From Azolla caroliniana (taxonomy: Eukaryota > Plantae > Polypodiophyta): a DNA stretch of 64,000 bases. Of the stretch, positions 1-13,993 are shown piece by piece. Position 1 is the first letter of the stretch. Every line of letters starts with the position of its first letter. Position numbers and translations under genes: made by a program. Under the pieces are notes generated by a model that saw only the letters and a program-made list of their open reading frames with translations, was not told the origin of the DNA and made no database searches. The stretch is from NCBI GenBank assembly GCA_043228905.1, contig JBHGNT010000002.1, positions 124,001 through 188,000 on the forward strand, given 5' to 3'.

Positions 1-1754
1 GTAATTTCGTCATGTCTCTCGACCTGAGTTTCAAAATCTTGATTTTTTAATTCCATATCATAGCTAGCGTTGTTAGCTTCGATTCGCATGTTTGAACACA
101 AAAATCCGATATCACACGAGCCAGATATGAACATTTTAATTTACTCAAGGGCTACTCTCAACTCACTACTCATGTTTGCTAATTTCGTCATGTCTCTCGA
201 ACTGAGTTTCAAAATCTTGATTTTTCAATACCATATCATAGCTGGCGTTGTTAGCTTCGATTCACATGTTTGAAAATAAAAATCCGATATCCCACGAGCC
301 AGGTATGAACATTTTAATTTACTCAAGGGCTCCTCTCAACTCACTACTCATGTTTGCTAATTTCGTCCTGTCTCTCGAACTGAGTTTCAAAATCTTCATT
401 TTTTAAAATCCATATCATAGCTAGCGTTGTTAGCTTCGATTCACATGTTTGAACACAAAAATCCGATATCACACGAGCCAGGTATGAACATTTTCATTTA
501 CCCACTAGATCTTCTCAACTCACTCCTCAAATTTGGTAATTTCGTCATGTCTCTCGACCTGAGTTTCAAAATCTTGATTTTTTAATTCGATATCATAGCT
601 AGCGTTGTTAGCTTCGATTCGCATGTTTGAACACAAAAATCCGATATCACACGAGCCAGATATGAACATTTTAATTTACTCAAGGGCTACTCTCAACTCA
701 CTACTCATGTTTGCTAATTTCGTCATGTCTCTCGAACTGAGTTTCAAAATCTTGATTTTTCAATACCATATCATAGCTGGCGTTGTTAGCTTCGATTCAC
801 ATGTTTGAACATAAAAATCCGATATCCCACGAGCCAGGTATGAACATTTTAATTTACTCAAGGGCTCCTCTCAACTCACTACTCATGTTTGCTAATTTCG
901 TCCTGTCTCTCGAACTGAGTTTCAAAATATTGATTTTTGAATTCCATATCATAGCTAGCGTTGTTAGCTTCGATTCGCATATTTGAACACAAAAATCCGA
1001 TATCACACGAGCCAGGTATGAACATTTTAATTTACTCAAGGGCTCCTATCAACTCACTCCTCAAATTTGGTAATTGAATCATGTCTCTCGACCTGAGTTT
1101 CAAAATCTTCATTTTTTAAAATCCATATCATAGCTAGCGTTGTTAGCTTCGATTCACATGTTTGAACACAAAAATCCGATATCACACGAGCCAGGTATGA
1201 ACATTTTCCTTTACCCACTAGCTCTTCTCAACTCACTACTCATGTTTGCAAATTTCGTCCTGTCTCTCGAACTGAGTTTCAAAATCTTGATTTTTGAATT
1301 CCATATCATAGCTAGCGTTGTTAGCTTCGATTCGCATCTTTGAACACAAAAATCCGATATCACACGAGCCAGGTATGAATATTTTAATTTACTCAAGGGC
1401 TCCTCTCAACTCACTCCTCAAATTTGGTAATGTCATCATGTCTCTCGACCTGAGTTTCAAAATCTTGATTTTTGAATTCCATATCATGGCTAGCGTTGTT
1501 ATCTTCGATTCGCATGTTTGAACACAAAAATCCGATACCACACGAGCCAGGTATGAACATTTTCATTTACTCAAGGGCTCCTCTCTACTCACTACTCATG
1601 TTTGGTAATTTAATCATGTCTCTCGAACCAGGTATGAACATTTTCATTTACCCACTAGCTCTTCTCAACTCACTCCTCAAATTTGGTATTTTCGTCATGT
1701 CTCTAGACCTGAGTTTCAAAATCTTGAATTTTCAAATCCATATCATGGCTAGCG

Positions 1755-4700
1755 TTGTTAGCTTCGATTCGCATGTTTGAACACAAAAATCCGATATCAC
1801 ACAAGCCAGGTATGAACATTTTTATTTACCTACTAGCTCTTCTCAACTCACTCCTTAAATTTGGTAATTTCGTCATGTCGCTCGACCTGAGTTTCAAAAT
1901 CTTGATTTTTTAATTCCATATCATAGCTAGCGTTGTTAGCTTCGATTCGCATGTTTGAACACAAATATCCGATATTACACGAGCCAGGTATGAATATTTT
2001 AATTTACTCAAGGGCTCCTCTCAACTCACTCCTCAAATTTGGTAATGTCATCATGTCTCTTGACCTGAGTTTCAAAATCTTGATTTTTGAATTCCATATC
2101 ATGGCTAGCGTTGTTATCTTCGATTCGCATGTTTGAACACAAAAATCCGATACCACACGAGCCAGGTATGAACATTTTCATTTACTCAAGGGCTCCTCTC
2201 TACTCACTACTCATGTTTGGTAATTTAATCATGTCTCTCGAACCAGGTATGAACATTTTCATTTACCCACTAGCTCTTCTCAACTCACTCCTCAAATTTG
2301 GTATTTTCGTCATGTCTCTAGACCTGAGTTTCAAAATCTTGAATTTTCAAATCCATATCATGGCTAGCGTTGTTAGCTTCGATTCACATGTTTGAACACA
2401 AAAATCCGATATCACACAAACCAGGTATGAACATTTTAATTTACCCACTAGCTCTTCTGAACTCACTCCTCAAATTTGGTATTTTCGTCATGTCTCTCGA
2501 CCTGAGTTTCAAAATCTTGATTTTTTAATTCCATATCATAGCTAGCGTTGTTAGCTTCGATTCGCATGTTTGAACACAAAAATCCGATATTACACGAGCC
2601 AGGTATGAACATTTTCATTTACTCAAGGGCTCCTCTCAACTCACTCCTCAAATTTGGTAATTTCGTCATGTCTGTCGACCTGAGTTTCAAAATCTTGATT
2701 TTTCAATTCCATATCATAGCTAGCGTTGTTAGCTTCGATTCGCATGTTTGAACACAAAAATCCGATATCACACGAGCCAGGTATGAACATTTTCATTTAC
2801 CCACTAGATCTTCTCAACTCACTCCTCAAATTTGGTAATTTCGTCATGTCTCTCGACTTGAGTTTCAAAATCTTGATTTTTTAATTCGATATCATAGCTA
2901 GCGTTGTTAGCTTCGATTCGCATGTTTGAACACAAAAATCCGATATTACACGAGCTAGGTATGAACATTTTAATTTACTCAAGGGCTCCTCTCAACTCAC
3001 TACTCATGTTTGCTAATTTCGTCATGTCTCTCGACCGGAGTTTCAAAATCTTGATTTTTGAATTTCATATCATAGCTAGCGTTGTTAGCTTCGATTCGCA
3101 TGTTTGAACACAAAAATCCGATATCACACGAGCCAGGTATGAACATTTTCATTTACTCAAGGGCTCCTCTCAACTCGCTCCTCATGTTTGCTAATTTTGT
3201 CATGTCTCTCGACCTGAGATTCAAAATCTTGATTTATCAATTCCATATCATAGTTAGCGTTGTTAGCTTCGATTCGCATGTTTGAACATAAAAATCCGAT
3301 ATCACACGAGCCAGGTATGAACATTTTCCTTTATCCACTAGCTCTTCTCAACTCACTCCTAAAATTTGGTAATTTCGTCATGTCTCTCGACCTGAGTTTC
3401 AAAATCTTGATTTTTTAATTCCATATCATAGCTAGCGTTGTTAGCTTCGATTCGCATGTTTGAACACAAAAATCCGATATCACACGAGCCAGATATGAAC
3501 ATTTTAATTTACTCAAGGGCTACTCTCAACTCACTACTCATGTTTGCTAATTTCGTCATGTCTCTCGAATTGAGTTTCAAAATCTTGATTTTTCAATACC
3601 ATATCATAGCTGGCGTTGTTAGCTTCGATTCACATGTTTGAACATAAAAATCCGATATCACACGAGCCAGGTATGAACATTTTAATTTACTCAAGGGCTC
3701 CTCTCAACTCACTACTCATGTTTGCTAATTTCGTCCTGTCTCTCGAACTGAGTTTCACAATATTGATTTTTGAATTCCATATCATAGCTAGCGTTGTTAG
3801 CTTCGATTCGCATATTTGAACACAAAAATCCGATATCACACGAGCCAGGTATGAACATTTTAATTTACTCAAGGGCTCCTATCAACTCACTCCTCAAATT
3901 TGGTAATTGAATCATGTCTCTCGACCTGAGTTTCAAAATCTTCATTTTTTAAAATCCATATCATAGCTAGCGTTGTTAGCTTCGATTCACATGTTTGAAC
4001 ACAAAAATCCGATATCACACGAGCCAGGTATGAACATTTTCCTTTACCCACTAGCTCTTCTCAACTCACTACTCATGTTTGCAAATTTCGTCCTGTCTCT
4101 CGAACTGAGTTTCAAAATCTTGATTTTTGAATTCCATATCATAGCTAGCGTTGTTAGCTTCGATTCGCATCTTTGAACACAAAAATCCGATATCACACGA
4201 GCCAGGTATGAATATTTTAATTTACTCAAGGGCTCCTATCAACTCACTCCTCAAATTTGGTAATGTCATCATGTCTCTCGTCCTGAGTTTCAAAATCTTG
4301 ATTTTTGAATTCCATATCATGGCTAGCGTTGTTATCTTCGATTCGCATGTTTGAACACAAAAATCCGATACCACACGAGCCAGGTATGAACATTTTCATT
4401 TACTCAAGGGCTCCTCTCTACTCACTACTCATGTTTGGTAATTTAATCATGTCTCTCGAACCAGGTATGAACATTTTCATTTACCCACTAGCTCTTCTCA
4501 ACTCACTCCTCAAATTTGGTATTTTCGTCATGTCTCTAGACCTGAGTTTCAAAATCTTGAATTTTCAAATCCATATCATGGCTAGCGTTGTTAGCTTCGA
4601 TTCACATGTTTGAACACAAAAATCCGATATCACACGAGCCAGGTATGAACATTTTCCTTTACCCACTAGCTCTTCTCAACTCACTACTCATGTTTGCTAA

Positions 4701-7700
4701 TTTCGTCCTGTCTCTCGAACTGAGTTTCAAAATCTTGATTTTTAAATTCCATATCATAGTTAGCGTTGTTAGCTTCGATTCGCATGTTTGAACATAAAAA
4801 TCCGATATCACACGAGCCAGGTATGAACATTTCCCTTTACCCACTAGCTCTTCTCAACTCACTCCTAAAATTTGGTAATTTCGTCATGTCTCTCGACCTG
4901 AGTTTCAAAATCTTGATTTTTTAATTCCATATCATAGCTAGCGTTGTTAGCTTCGATTCGCATGTTTGAACACAAAAATCCGATATCACACGAGCCAGAT
5001 ATGAACATTTTAATTTACTCAAGGGCTACTCTCAACTCACTACTCATGTTTGCTAATTTCGTCATGTCTCTCGAACTGAGTTTCAAAATCTTGATTTTTC
5101 AATACCATATCATAGCTGGCGTTGTTAGCTTCGATTCACATGTTTGAACACAAAAATCCGATATCACACAAACCAGGTATGAACATTTTAATTTACCCAC
5201 TAGCTCTTCTGAACTCACTCCTCAAATTTGGTATTTTCGTCATGTCTCTCGACCTGAGTTTCAAAATATTGATTTTTGAATTCCATATCATAGCTAGCGT
5301 TGTTAGCTTCGATTCGCATATTTGAACACAAAAATCCGATATCACACGAGCCAGGTATGAACATTTTAATTTACTCAAGGGCTCCTATCAACTCACTCCT
5401 CAAATTTGGTAATCGAATCATGTCTCTCGACCTGAGTTTCAAAATCTTCATTTTTTAAAATCCATATCATAGCTAGCGTTGTTAGCTTCGATTCACATGT
5501 TTGAACACAAAAATCCGATATCACACGAGCCAGGTATGAACATTTTCCTTTACCCACTAGCTCTTCTCAACTCACTACTCATGTTTGCTAATTTCGTCCT
5601 GTCTCTCGAACTGAGTTTCAAAATCTTGATTTTTGAATTCCATATCATAGCTAGCGTTGTTAGCTTCGATTCGCATGTTTGAACACAAAAATCCGATATC
5701 ACACGAGCCAGGTATGAATATTTTAATTTACTCAAGGGCTCCTCTCAACTCACTCCTCAAATTTGGTAATGTCATCATGTCTCTCGACCTGAGTTTCAAA
5801 ATCTTGATTTTTGAATTCCATATCATGGCTAGCGTTGTTATCTTCGATTCGCATGTTTGAACACAAAAATCCGATATCACACAAGCCAGGTATGAACATT
5901 TTAATTTACCTACTAGCTCTTCTCAACTCACTCCTTAAATTTGGTAATTTCATCATGTCTCTCGACCTGAGTTTCAAAATCTTGATTTTTTAATTCCATA
6001 TCATAGCTAGCGTTGTTAGCTTCGATTCGCATGTTTGAACACAAAAATCCGATATTACACGAGCCAGGTATGAACATTTTAATTTACTCAAGGGCTCCTC
6101 TCAACTCACTACTCATGTTTGCTAATTTCGTCATGTCTCTCGACCGGAGTTTCAAAATCTTGATTTTTGAATTCCATATCATAGCTAGCGTTGTTAGCTT
6201 CGATTCGCATGTTTGAACACAAAAATCCGATATCACACAAGCCAGGTATGAACATTTTTATTTACCTACTAGCTCTTCTCAACTCACTCCTTAAATTTGG
6301 TAATTTCGTCATGTCGCTCGACCTGAGTTTCAAAATCTTGATTTTTTAATTCCATATCATAGCTAGCGTTGTTAGCTTCGATTCGCATGTTTGAACACAA
6401 ATATCCGATATTACACGAGCCAGGTATGAATATTTTAATTTACTCAAGGGCTCCTCTCAACTCACTCCTCAAATTTGGTAATGTCATCATGTCTCTTGAC
6501 CTGAGTTTCAAAATCTTGATTTTTGAATTCCATATCATGGCTAGCGTTGTTATCTTCGATTCGCATGTTTGAACACAAAAATCCGATACCACACGAGCCA
6601 GGTATGAACATTTTCATTTACTCAAGGGCTCCTCTCTACTCACTACTCATGTTTGGTAATTTAATCATGTCTCTCGAACCAGGTATGAACATTTTCATTT
6701 ACCCACTAGCTCTTCTCAACTCACTCCTCAAATTTGGTATTTTCGTCATGTCTCTAGACCTGAGTTTCAAAATCTTGAATTTTCAAATCCATATCATGGC
6801 TAGCGTTGTTAGCTTCGATTCACATGTTTGAACACAAAAATCCGATATCACACAAACCAGGTATGAACATTTTAATTTACCCACTAGCTCTTCTGAACTC
6901 ACTCCTCAAATTTGGTATTTTCGTCATGTCTCTCGACCTGAGTTTCAAAATCTTGATTTTTTAATTCCATATCATAGCTAGCGTTGTTAGCTTCGATTCG
7001 CATGTTTGAACACAAAAATCCGATATTACACGAGCCAGGTATGAACATTTTCATTTACTCAAGGGCTCCTCTCAACTCACTCCTCAAATTTGGTAATTTC
7101 GTCATGTCTGTCGACCTGAGTTTCAAAATCTTGATTTTTCAATTCCATATCATAGCTAGCGTTGTTAGCTTCGATTCGCATGTTTGAACACAAAAATCCG
7201 ATATCACACGAGCCAGGTATGAACATTTTCATTTACCCACTAGATCTTCTCAACTCACTCCTCAAATTTGGTAATTTCGTCATGTCTCTCGACTTGAGTT
7301 TCAAAATCTTGATTTTTTAATTCGATATCATAGCTAGCGTTGTTAGCTTCGATTCGCATGTTTGAACACAAAAATCCGATATTACACGAGCTAGGTATGA
7401 ACATTTTAATTTACTCAAGGGCTCCTCTCAACTCACTACTCATGTTTGCTAATTTCGTCATGTCTCTCGACCGGAGTTTCAAAATCTTGATTTTTGAATT
7501 TCATATCATAGCTAGCGTTGTTAGCTTCGATTCGCATGTTTGAACACAAAAATCCGATATCACACGAGCCAGGTATGAACATTTTCATTTACTCAAGGGC
7601 TCCTCTCAACTCGCTCCTCATGTTTGCTAATTTTGTCATGTCTCTCGACCTGAGATTCAAAATCTTGATTTATCAATTCCATATCATAGTTAGCGTTGTT

Positions 7701-9040
7701 AGCTTCGATTCGCATGTTTGAACACAAAAATCCGATATCACACGAGCCAGGTATGAACATTTTCCTTTATCCACTAGCTCTTCTCAACTCACTCCTAAAA
7801 TTTGGTAATTTCGTCATGTCTCTCGACCTGAGTTTCAAAATCTTGATTTTTTAATTCCATATCATAGCTAGCGTTGTTAGCTTCGATTCGCATGTTTGAA
7901 CACAAAAATCCGATATCACACGAGCCAGATATGAACATTTTAATTTACTCAAGGGCTACTCTCAACTCACTACTCATGTTTGCTAATTTCGTCATGTCTC
8001 TCGAATTGAGTTTCAAAATCTTGATTTTTCAATACCATATCATAGCTGGCGTTGTTAGCTTCGATTCACATGTTTGAACATAAAAATCCGATATCACACG
8101 AGCCAGGTATGAACATTTTAATTTACTCAAGGGCTCCTCTCAACTCACTACTCATGTTTGCTAATTTCGTCCTGTCTCTCGAACTGAGTTTCACAATATT
8201 GATTTTTGAATTCCATATCATAGCTAGCGTTGTTAGCTTCGATTCGCATATTTGAACACAAAAATCCGATATCACACGAGCCAGGTATGAACATTTTAAT
8301 TTACTCAAGGGCTCCTATCAACTGACTCCTCAAATTTGGTAATTGAATCATGTCTCTCGACCTGAGTTTCAAAATCTTCATTTTTTAAAATCCATATCAT
8401 AGCTAGCGTTGTTAGCTTCGATTCACATGTTTGAACACAAAAATCCGATATCACACGAGCCAGGTATGAACATTTTCCTTTACCCACTAGCTCTTCTCAA
8501 CTCACTACTCATGTTTGCAAATTTCGTCCTGTCTCTCGAACTGAGTTTCAAAATCTTGATTTTTGAATTCCATATCATAGCTAGCGTTGTTAGCTTCGAT
8601 TCGCATCTTTGAACACAAAAATCCGATATCACACGAGCCAGGTATGAATATTTTAATTTACTCAAGGGCTCCTCTCAACTCACTCCTCAAATTTCGTAAT
8701 GTCATCATGTCTCTCGTCCTGAGTTTCAAAATCTTGATTTTTGAATTCCATATCATGGCTAGCGTTGTTATCTTCGATTCGCATGTTTGAACACAAAAAT
8801 CCGATACCACACGAGCCAGGTATGAACATTTTCATTTACTCAAGGGCTCCTCTCTACTCACTACTCATGTTTGGTAATTTAATCATGTCTCTCGAACCAG
8901 GTATGAACATTTTCATTTACCCACTAGCTCTTCTCAACTCACTCCTCAAATTTGGTATTTTCGTCATGTCTCTAGACCTGAGTTTCAAAATCTTGAATTT
9001 TCAAATCCATATCATGGCTAGCGTTGTTAGCTTCGATTCA
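1755..9040 (+). repeat. Segmental duplication within the array, offset 4436 bp (~1755-4600 copied at ~6191-9040)
   Basis: Rare alleles recur at +4436: acaaatatcc (monomers 1933/6369), tctgtcgac (2548/6984), truncation junctions 2243/6679 and 4461/8897. ORF-track variants match in the same order. Confidence 0.88.
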
Positions 9041-9913
9041 CATGTTTGAACACAAAAATCCGATATCACACGAGCCAGGTATGAACATTTTAATTTACCC
9101 ACTAGCTCTTCTCAACTCACTCCTCAAATTTGGTATTTTCGTCATGTCTCTCGACCTGAGTTTCAAAATCTTGATTTTTTAATTCCATATCATAGCTAGC
9201 GTTGTTAGTTTCGATTCGCATGTTTGAACACAAAAACCCGATATTACACGAGCCAGCTATGAACATTTTAATTTAGTCAAGGGCTCCTCTCAACTCACTC
9301 CTCAAATTTGGTAATTTCGTCATGTCTCTCGACCTGAGTTTCAAAATCTTGATTTTTCAATTCCATATCATGGCTAGCGTTGTTATCTTCGATTCGCATG
9401 TTTGAACACAAAAATCCGATATCACACGAGCCAGGTATGAACATTTTCATTTACTCAAGGGCTCCTCTCAACTCACTACTCATGTTTGGTAATTTAATCA
9501 CGTCTCTCGACCTGAGTTTCAAAATCTTGATTTTTCAATACCATATCATAGCTAGCGTTGTTAGCTTCGATTCGCATGTTTCAACTCAAAAATCCGATAT
9601 CACACGAGCCAGGTATGAACATTTTAATTTACTCAAGGGCTCCTCTCAACTCGCTCCTCATGTTTGCTAATTTCGTCGTGTCTCTCGACCTGAGTTTCAA
9701 AATTTTGATTTGTTAATTCCATATCATAGCTAGCGTTGTTAGCTTCGATTCCCATGTTTGAACACAAAAATCCGATATCACACGAGCCAGGTATGAACAT
9801 TTTATTTTACTCAAGGGCTCCTCTCAACTCACTCCTCAAATTTGGTAATTTCGTCATGTCTCTCGACCTAAGTTTTAAAATCTTGATTTTTCAATTCCAT
9901 ATCATAGCTGGCG

Positions 9914-12900
9914 TTGTTAGCTTCGATTCGCATGTTTGAACATAAAAATCCGATATCACACGAGCCAGGTATGAACATTTTAATTTACTCAAGGGCTCCT
10001 CTCAACTCACTACTCATGTTTGCTAATTTCGTCCTGTCTCTCGAACTGAGTTTCACAATATTGATTTTTGAATTCCATATCATAGCTAGCGTTGTTAGCT
10101 TCGATTCGCATATTTGAACACAAAAATCCGATATCACACGAGCCAGGTATGAACATTTTAATTTACTCAAGGGCTCCTATCAACTCACTCCTCAAATTTG
10201 GTAATTGAATCATGTCTCTCGACCTGAGTTTCAAAATCTTCATTTTTTAAAATCCATATCATAGCTGGCGTTGTTAGCTTCGATTCACATGTTTGAACAC
10301 AAAAATCCGATATCACACGAGCCAGGTATGAACATTTTCCTTTACCCACTAGCTCTTCTCAACTCACTACTCATGTTTGCTAATTTCGTCCTGTCTCTCG
10401 AACTGAGTTTCAAAATCTTGAATTTTGAATTCCATATCATAGCTAGCGTTGTTAGCTTCGATTCGCATCTTTGAACACAAAAATCCGATATCACACGAGC
10501 CAGGTATGAATATTTTAATTTACTCAAGGGCTCCTCTCAACTCACTCCTCAAATTTGGTAATGTCATCATGTCTCTCGACCTGAGTTTCAAAATCTTGAT
10601 TTTTGAATTCCATATCATGGCTAGCGTTGTTATCTTCGATTCGCATGTTTGAACACAAAAATCCGATACCACACGAGCCAGGTATGAACATTTTCATTTA
10701 CTCAAGGGCTCCTCTCTACTCACTACTCATGTTTGGTAATTTAATCATGTCTCTCGAACCAGGTATGAACATTTTCATTTACCCACTAGCTCTTCTCAAC
10801 TCACTCCTCAAATTTGGTATTTTCGTCATGTCTCTCGACCTGAGTTTCAAAATCTTAATTTTTTAATTCCATATCATAGCTAGCGTTGTTAGCTTCGATT
10901 CGCATGTTTGAACACAAAAATCTGATATTACACGAGCCAGGTATGAACATTTTCATTTACTCAAGGGCTCCTCTCAACTCCCTCCTCAAATTTGGTAATT
11001 TCGTCATGTCTCTTGACCTGAGTTTCAAAATCTTGATTTATCAATTCCATATCATGGCTAGCGTTGTTAGCTTCGATTCGCATGTTTGAACACAGAAATC
11101 TGATATTACACGAGCCAGGTATGAACATTTTCATTTACTCAAGGGCTCCTCTCAACTCCCTCCTCAAATTTGGTAATTTCGTCATGTCTCTCGACCTGAG
11201 TTTCAAAATCTTGATTTATCAATTCCATATCATGGCTAGCGTTGTTATCTTCGATTCGCATGTTCGAACACAAAAATCCGATATCACACGAGCTAGGTAT
11301 GAACATTTTCATTTACTCAAGGGCTCCTCTCAACTCCCTCCTCAAATTTGGTAATTTCGTCATGTCTCTCGACATGAGTTTCAAAATCTTGATTTATCAA
11401 TTCCATATCATGGCTAGCGTTGTTAGCTTCGATTCGCATGTTTGAACACAAAAATCCGATATTACACGAGCCAGGTATGAACATTTTCATTTACTCAAGG
11501 GCTCCTCTCAACTCACTCCTCAAATTTGGTAATTTCGTCATGTCTCTCGACCTGAGTTTCAAAATCTTGATTTTTCAATTCCATATCATAGCTAGCGTTG
11601 TTAGCTTCGATTCGCATGTTTGAACACAAAAATCCGATATCACACGAGCCAGGTATGAACATTTTCATTTACCCACTAGATCTTCTCAACTCACTCCTCA
11701 AATTTGGTAATTTCGTCATGTCTCTCGACCTGAGTTTCAAAATCTTGATTTTTTAATTCGATATCATAGCTAGCGTTGTTAGCTTCGATTCGCATGTTTG
11801 AACACAAAAATCCGATATTACACGAGCTAGGTATGAACATTTTAATTTACTCAAGGGCTCCTCTCAACTCACTACTCATGTTTGCTAATTTCGTCATGTC
11901 TCTCGACCGGAGTTTCAAAATCTTGATTTTTCAATTCCATATCATAGCTGGCGTTGTTAGCTTCGATTCGCATGTTTGAACATAAAAATCCGATATCACA
12001 CGAGCCAGGTATGAACATTTTAATTTACTCAAGGGCTCCTCTCAACTCACTACTCATGTTTGCTAATTTCGTCCTGTCTCTCGAACTGAGTTTCACAATA
12101 TTGATTTTTGAATTCCATATCATAGCTAGCGTTGTTAGCTTCGATTCGCATATTTGAACACAAAAATCCGATATCACACGAGCCAGGTATGAACATTTTA
12201 ATTTACTCAAGGGCTCCTATCAACTCACTCCTCAAATTTGGTAATTGAATCATGTCTCTCGACCTGAGTTTCAAAATCTTCATTTTTTAAAATCCATATC
12301 ATAGCTAGCGTTGTTAGCTTCGATTCACATGTTTGAACACAAAAATCCGATATCACACGAGCCAGGTATAAACATTTTCCTTTACCCACTAGCTCTTCTC
12401 AACTCACTACTCATGTTTGCTAATTTCGTCCTGTCTCTCGAACTGAGTTTCAAAATCTTGAATTTTGAATTCCATATCATAGCTAGTGTTGTTAGCTTCG
12501 ATTCGCATCTTTGAACACAAAAATCCGATATCACACGAGCCAGGTATGAATATTTTAATTTACTCAAGGGCTCCTCTCAACTCACTCCTCAAATTTGGTA
12601 ATGTCATCATGTCTCTCGACCTGAGTTTCAAAATCTTGATTTTTGAATTCCATATCATGGCTAGCGTTGTTATCTTCGATTCGCATGTTTGAACACAAAA
12701 ATCCGATACCACACGAGCCAGGTATGAACATTTTCATTTACTCAAGGGCTCCTCTCTACTCACTACTCATGTTTGGTAATTTAATCATGTCTCTCGAACC
12801 AGGTATGAACATTTTCATTTACCCACTAGCTCTTCTCAACTCACTCCTCAAATTTGGTATTTTCGTCATGTCTCTCGACCTGAGTTTCAAAATCTTAATT

Positions 12901-13993
12901 TTTTAATTCCATATCATAGCTAGCGTTGTTAGCTTCGATTCGCATGTTTGAACACAAAAATCTGATATTACACGAGCCAGGTATGAACATTTTCATTTAC
13001 TCAAGGGCTCCTCTCAACTCCCTCCTCAAATTTGGTAATTTCGTCATGTCTCTTGACCTGAGTTTCAAAATCTTGATTTATCAATTCCATATCATGGCTA
13101 GCGTTGTTAGCTTCGATTCGCATGTTTGAACACAAAAATCTGATATTACACGAGCCAGGTATGAACATTTTCATTTACTCAAGGGCTCCTCTCAACTCCC
13201 TCCTCAAATTTGGTAATTTCGTCATGTCTCTCGACCTGAGTTTCAAAATCTTGATTTATCAATTCCATATCATGGCTAGCGTTGTTATCTTCGATTCGCA
13301 TGTTCGAACACAAAAATCCGATATCACACGAGCTAGGTATGAACATTTTCATTTACTCAAGGGCTCCTCTCAACTCCCTCCTCAAATTTGGTAATTTCGT
13401 CATGTCTCTCGACATGAGTTTCAAAATCTTGATTTATCAATTCCATATCATGGCTAGCGTTGTTAGCTTCGATTCGCATGTTTGAACACAAAAATCCGAT
13501 ATTACACGAGCCAGGTATGAACATTTTCATTTACTCAAGGGCTCCTCTCAACTCACTCCTCAAATTTGGTAATTTCGTCATGTCTCTCGACCTGAGTTTC
13601 AAAATCTTGATTTTTCAATTCCATATCATAGCTAGCGTTGTTAGCTTCGATTCGCATGTTTGAACACAAAAATCCGATATCACACGAGCCAGGTATGAAC
13701 ATTTTCATTTACCCACTAGATCTTCTCAACTCACTCCTCAAATTTGGTAATTTCGTCATGTCTCTCGACCTGAGTTTCAAAATCTTGATTTTTTAATTCG
13801 ATATCATAGCTAGCGTTGTTAGCTTCGATTCGCATGTTTGAACACAAAAATCCGATATTACACGAGCTAGGTATGAACATTTTAATTTACTCAAGGGCTC
13901 CTCTCAACTCACTACTCATGTTTGCTAATTTCGTCATGTCTCTCGACCGGAGTTTCAAAATCTTGATTTTTGAATTCCATATCATAGCTAGCG
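9914..13993 (+). repeat. Tandem HOR duplication, unit 2040 bp (11x178+81+1)
   Basis: Monomer variants at 9914, 10271, 10603, 10886, 11064, 11242 and 11776 recur at +2040. The aatcttaatt allele appears in both copies (~10855, ~12895). Confidence 0.92.

Noticed and set aside
77-95. CENP-B box at cttcgattcgcatgttt
   Set aside because: It has TTCG but lacks the required A..CGGG of the TTCGnnnnAnnCGGG core.
70-247. 5S rDNA, tRNA, snRNA or spliced-leader tandem array
   Set aside because: No recognisable 5S or tRNA sequence, cloverleaf or Pol III box A/B/C, and truncated units are tolerated and amplified.
70-247. ~10-bp A/T-tract phasing (positions ~22, 31, 41, 61, 71, 142, 152) as a nucleosome positioning signal
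   Set aside because: Suggestive by eye but incomplete. It cannot be distinguished from chance in 62% AT sequence without a periodicity calculation.
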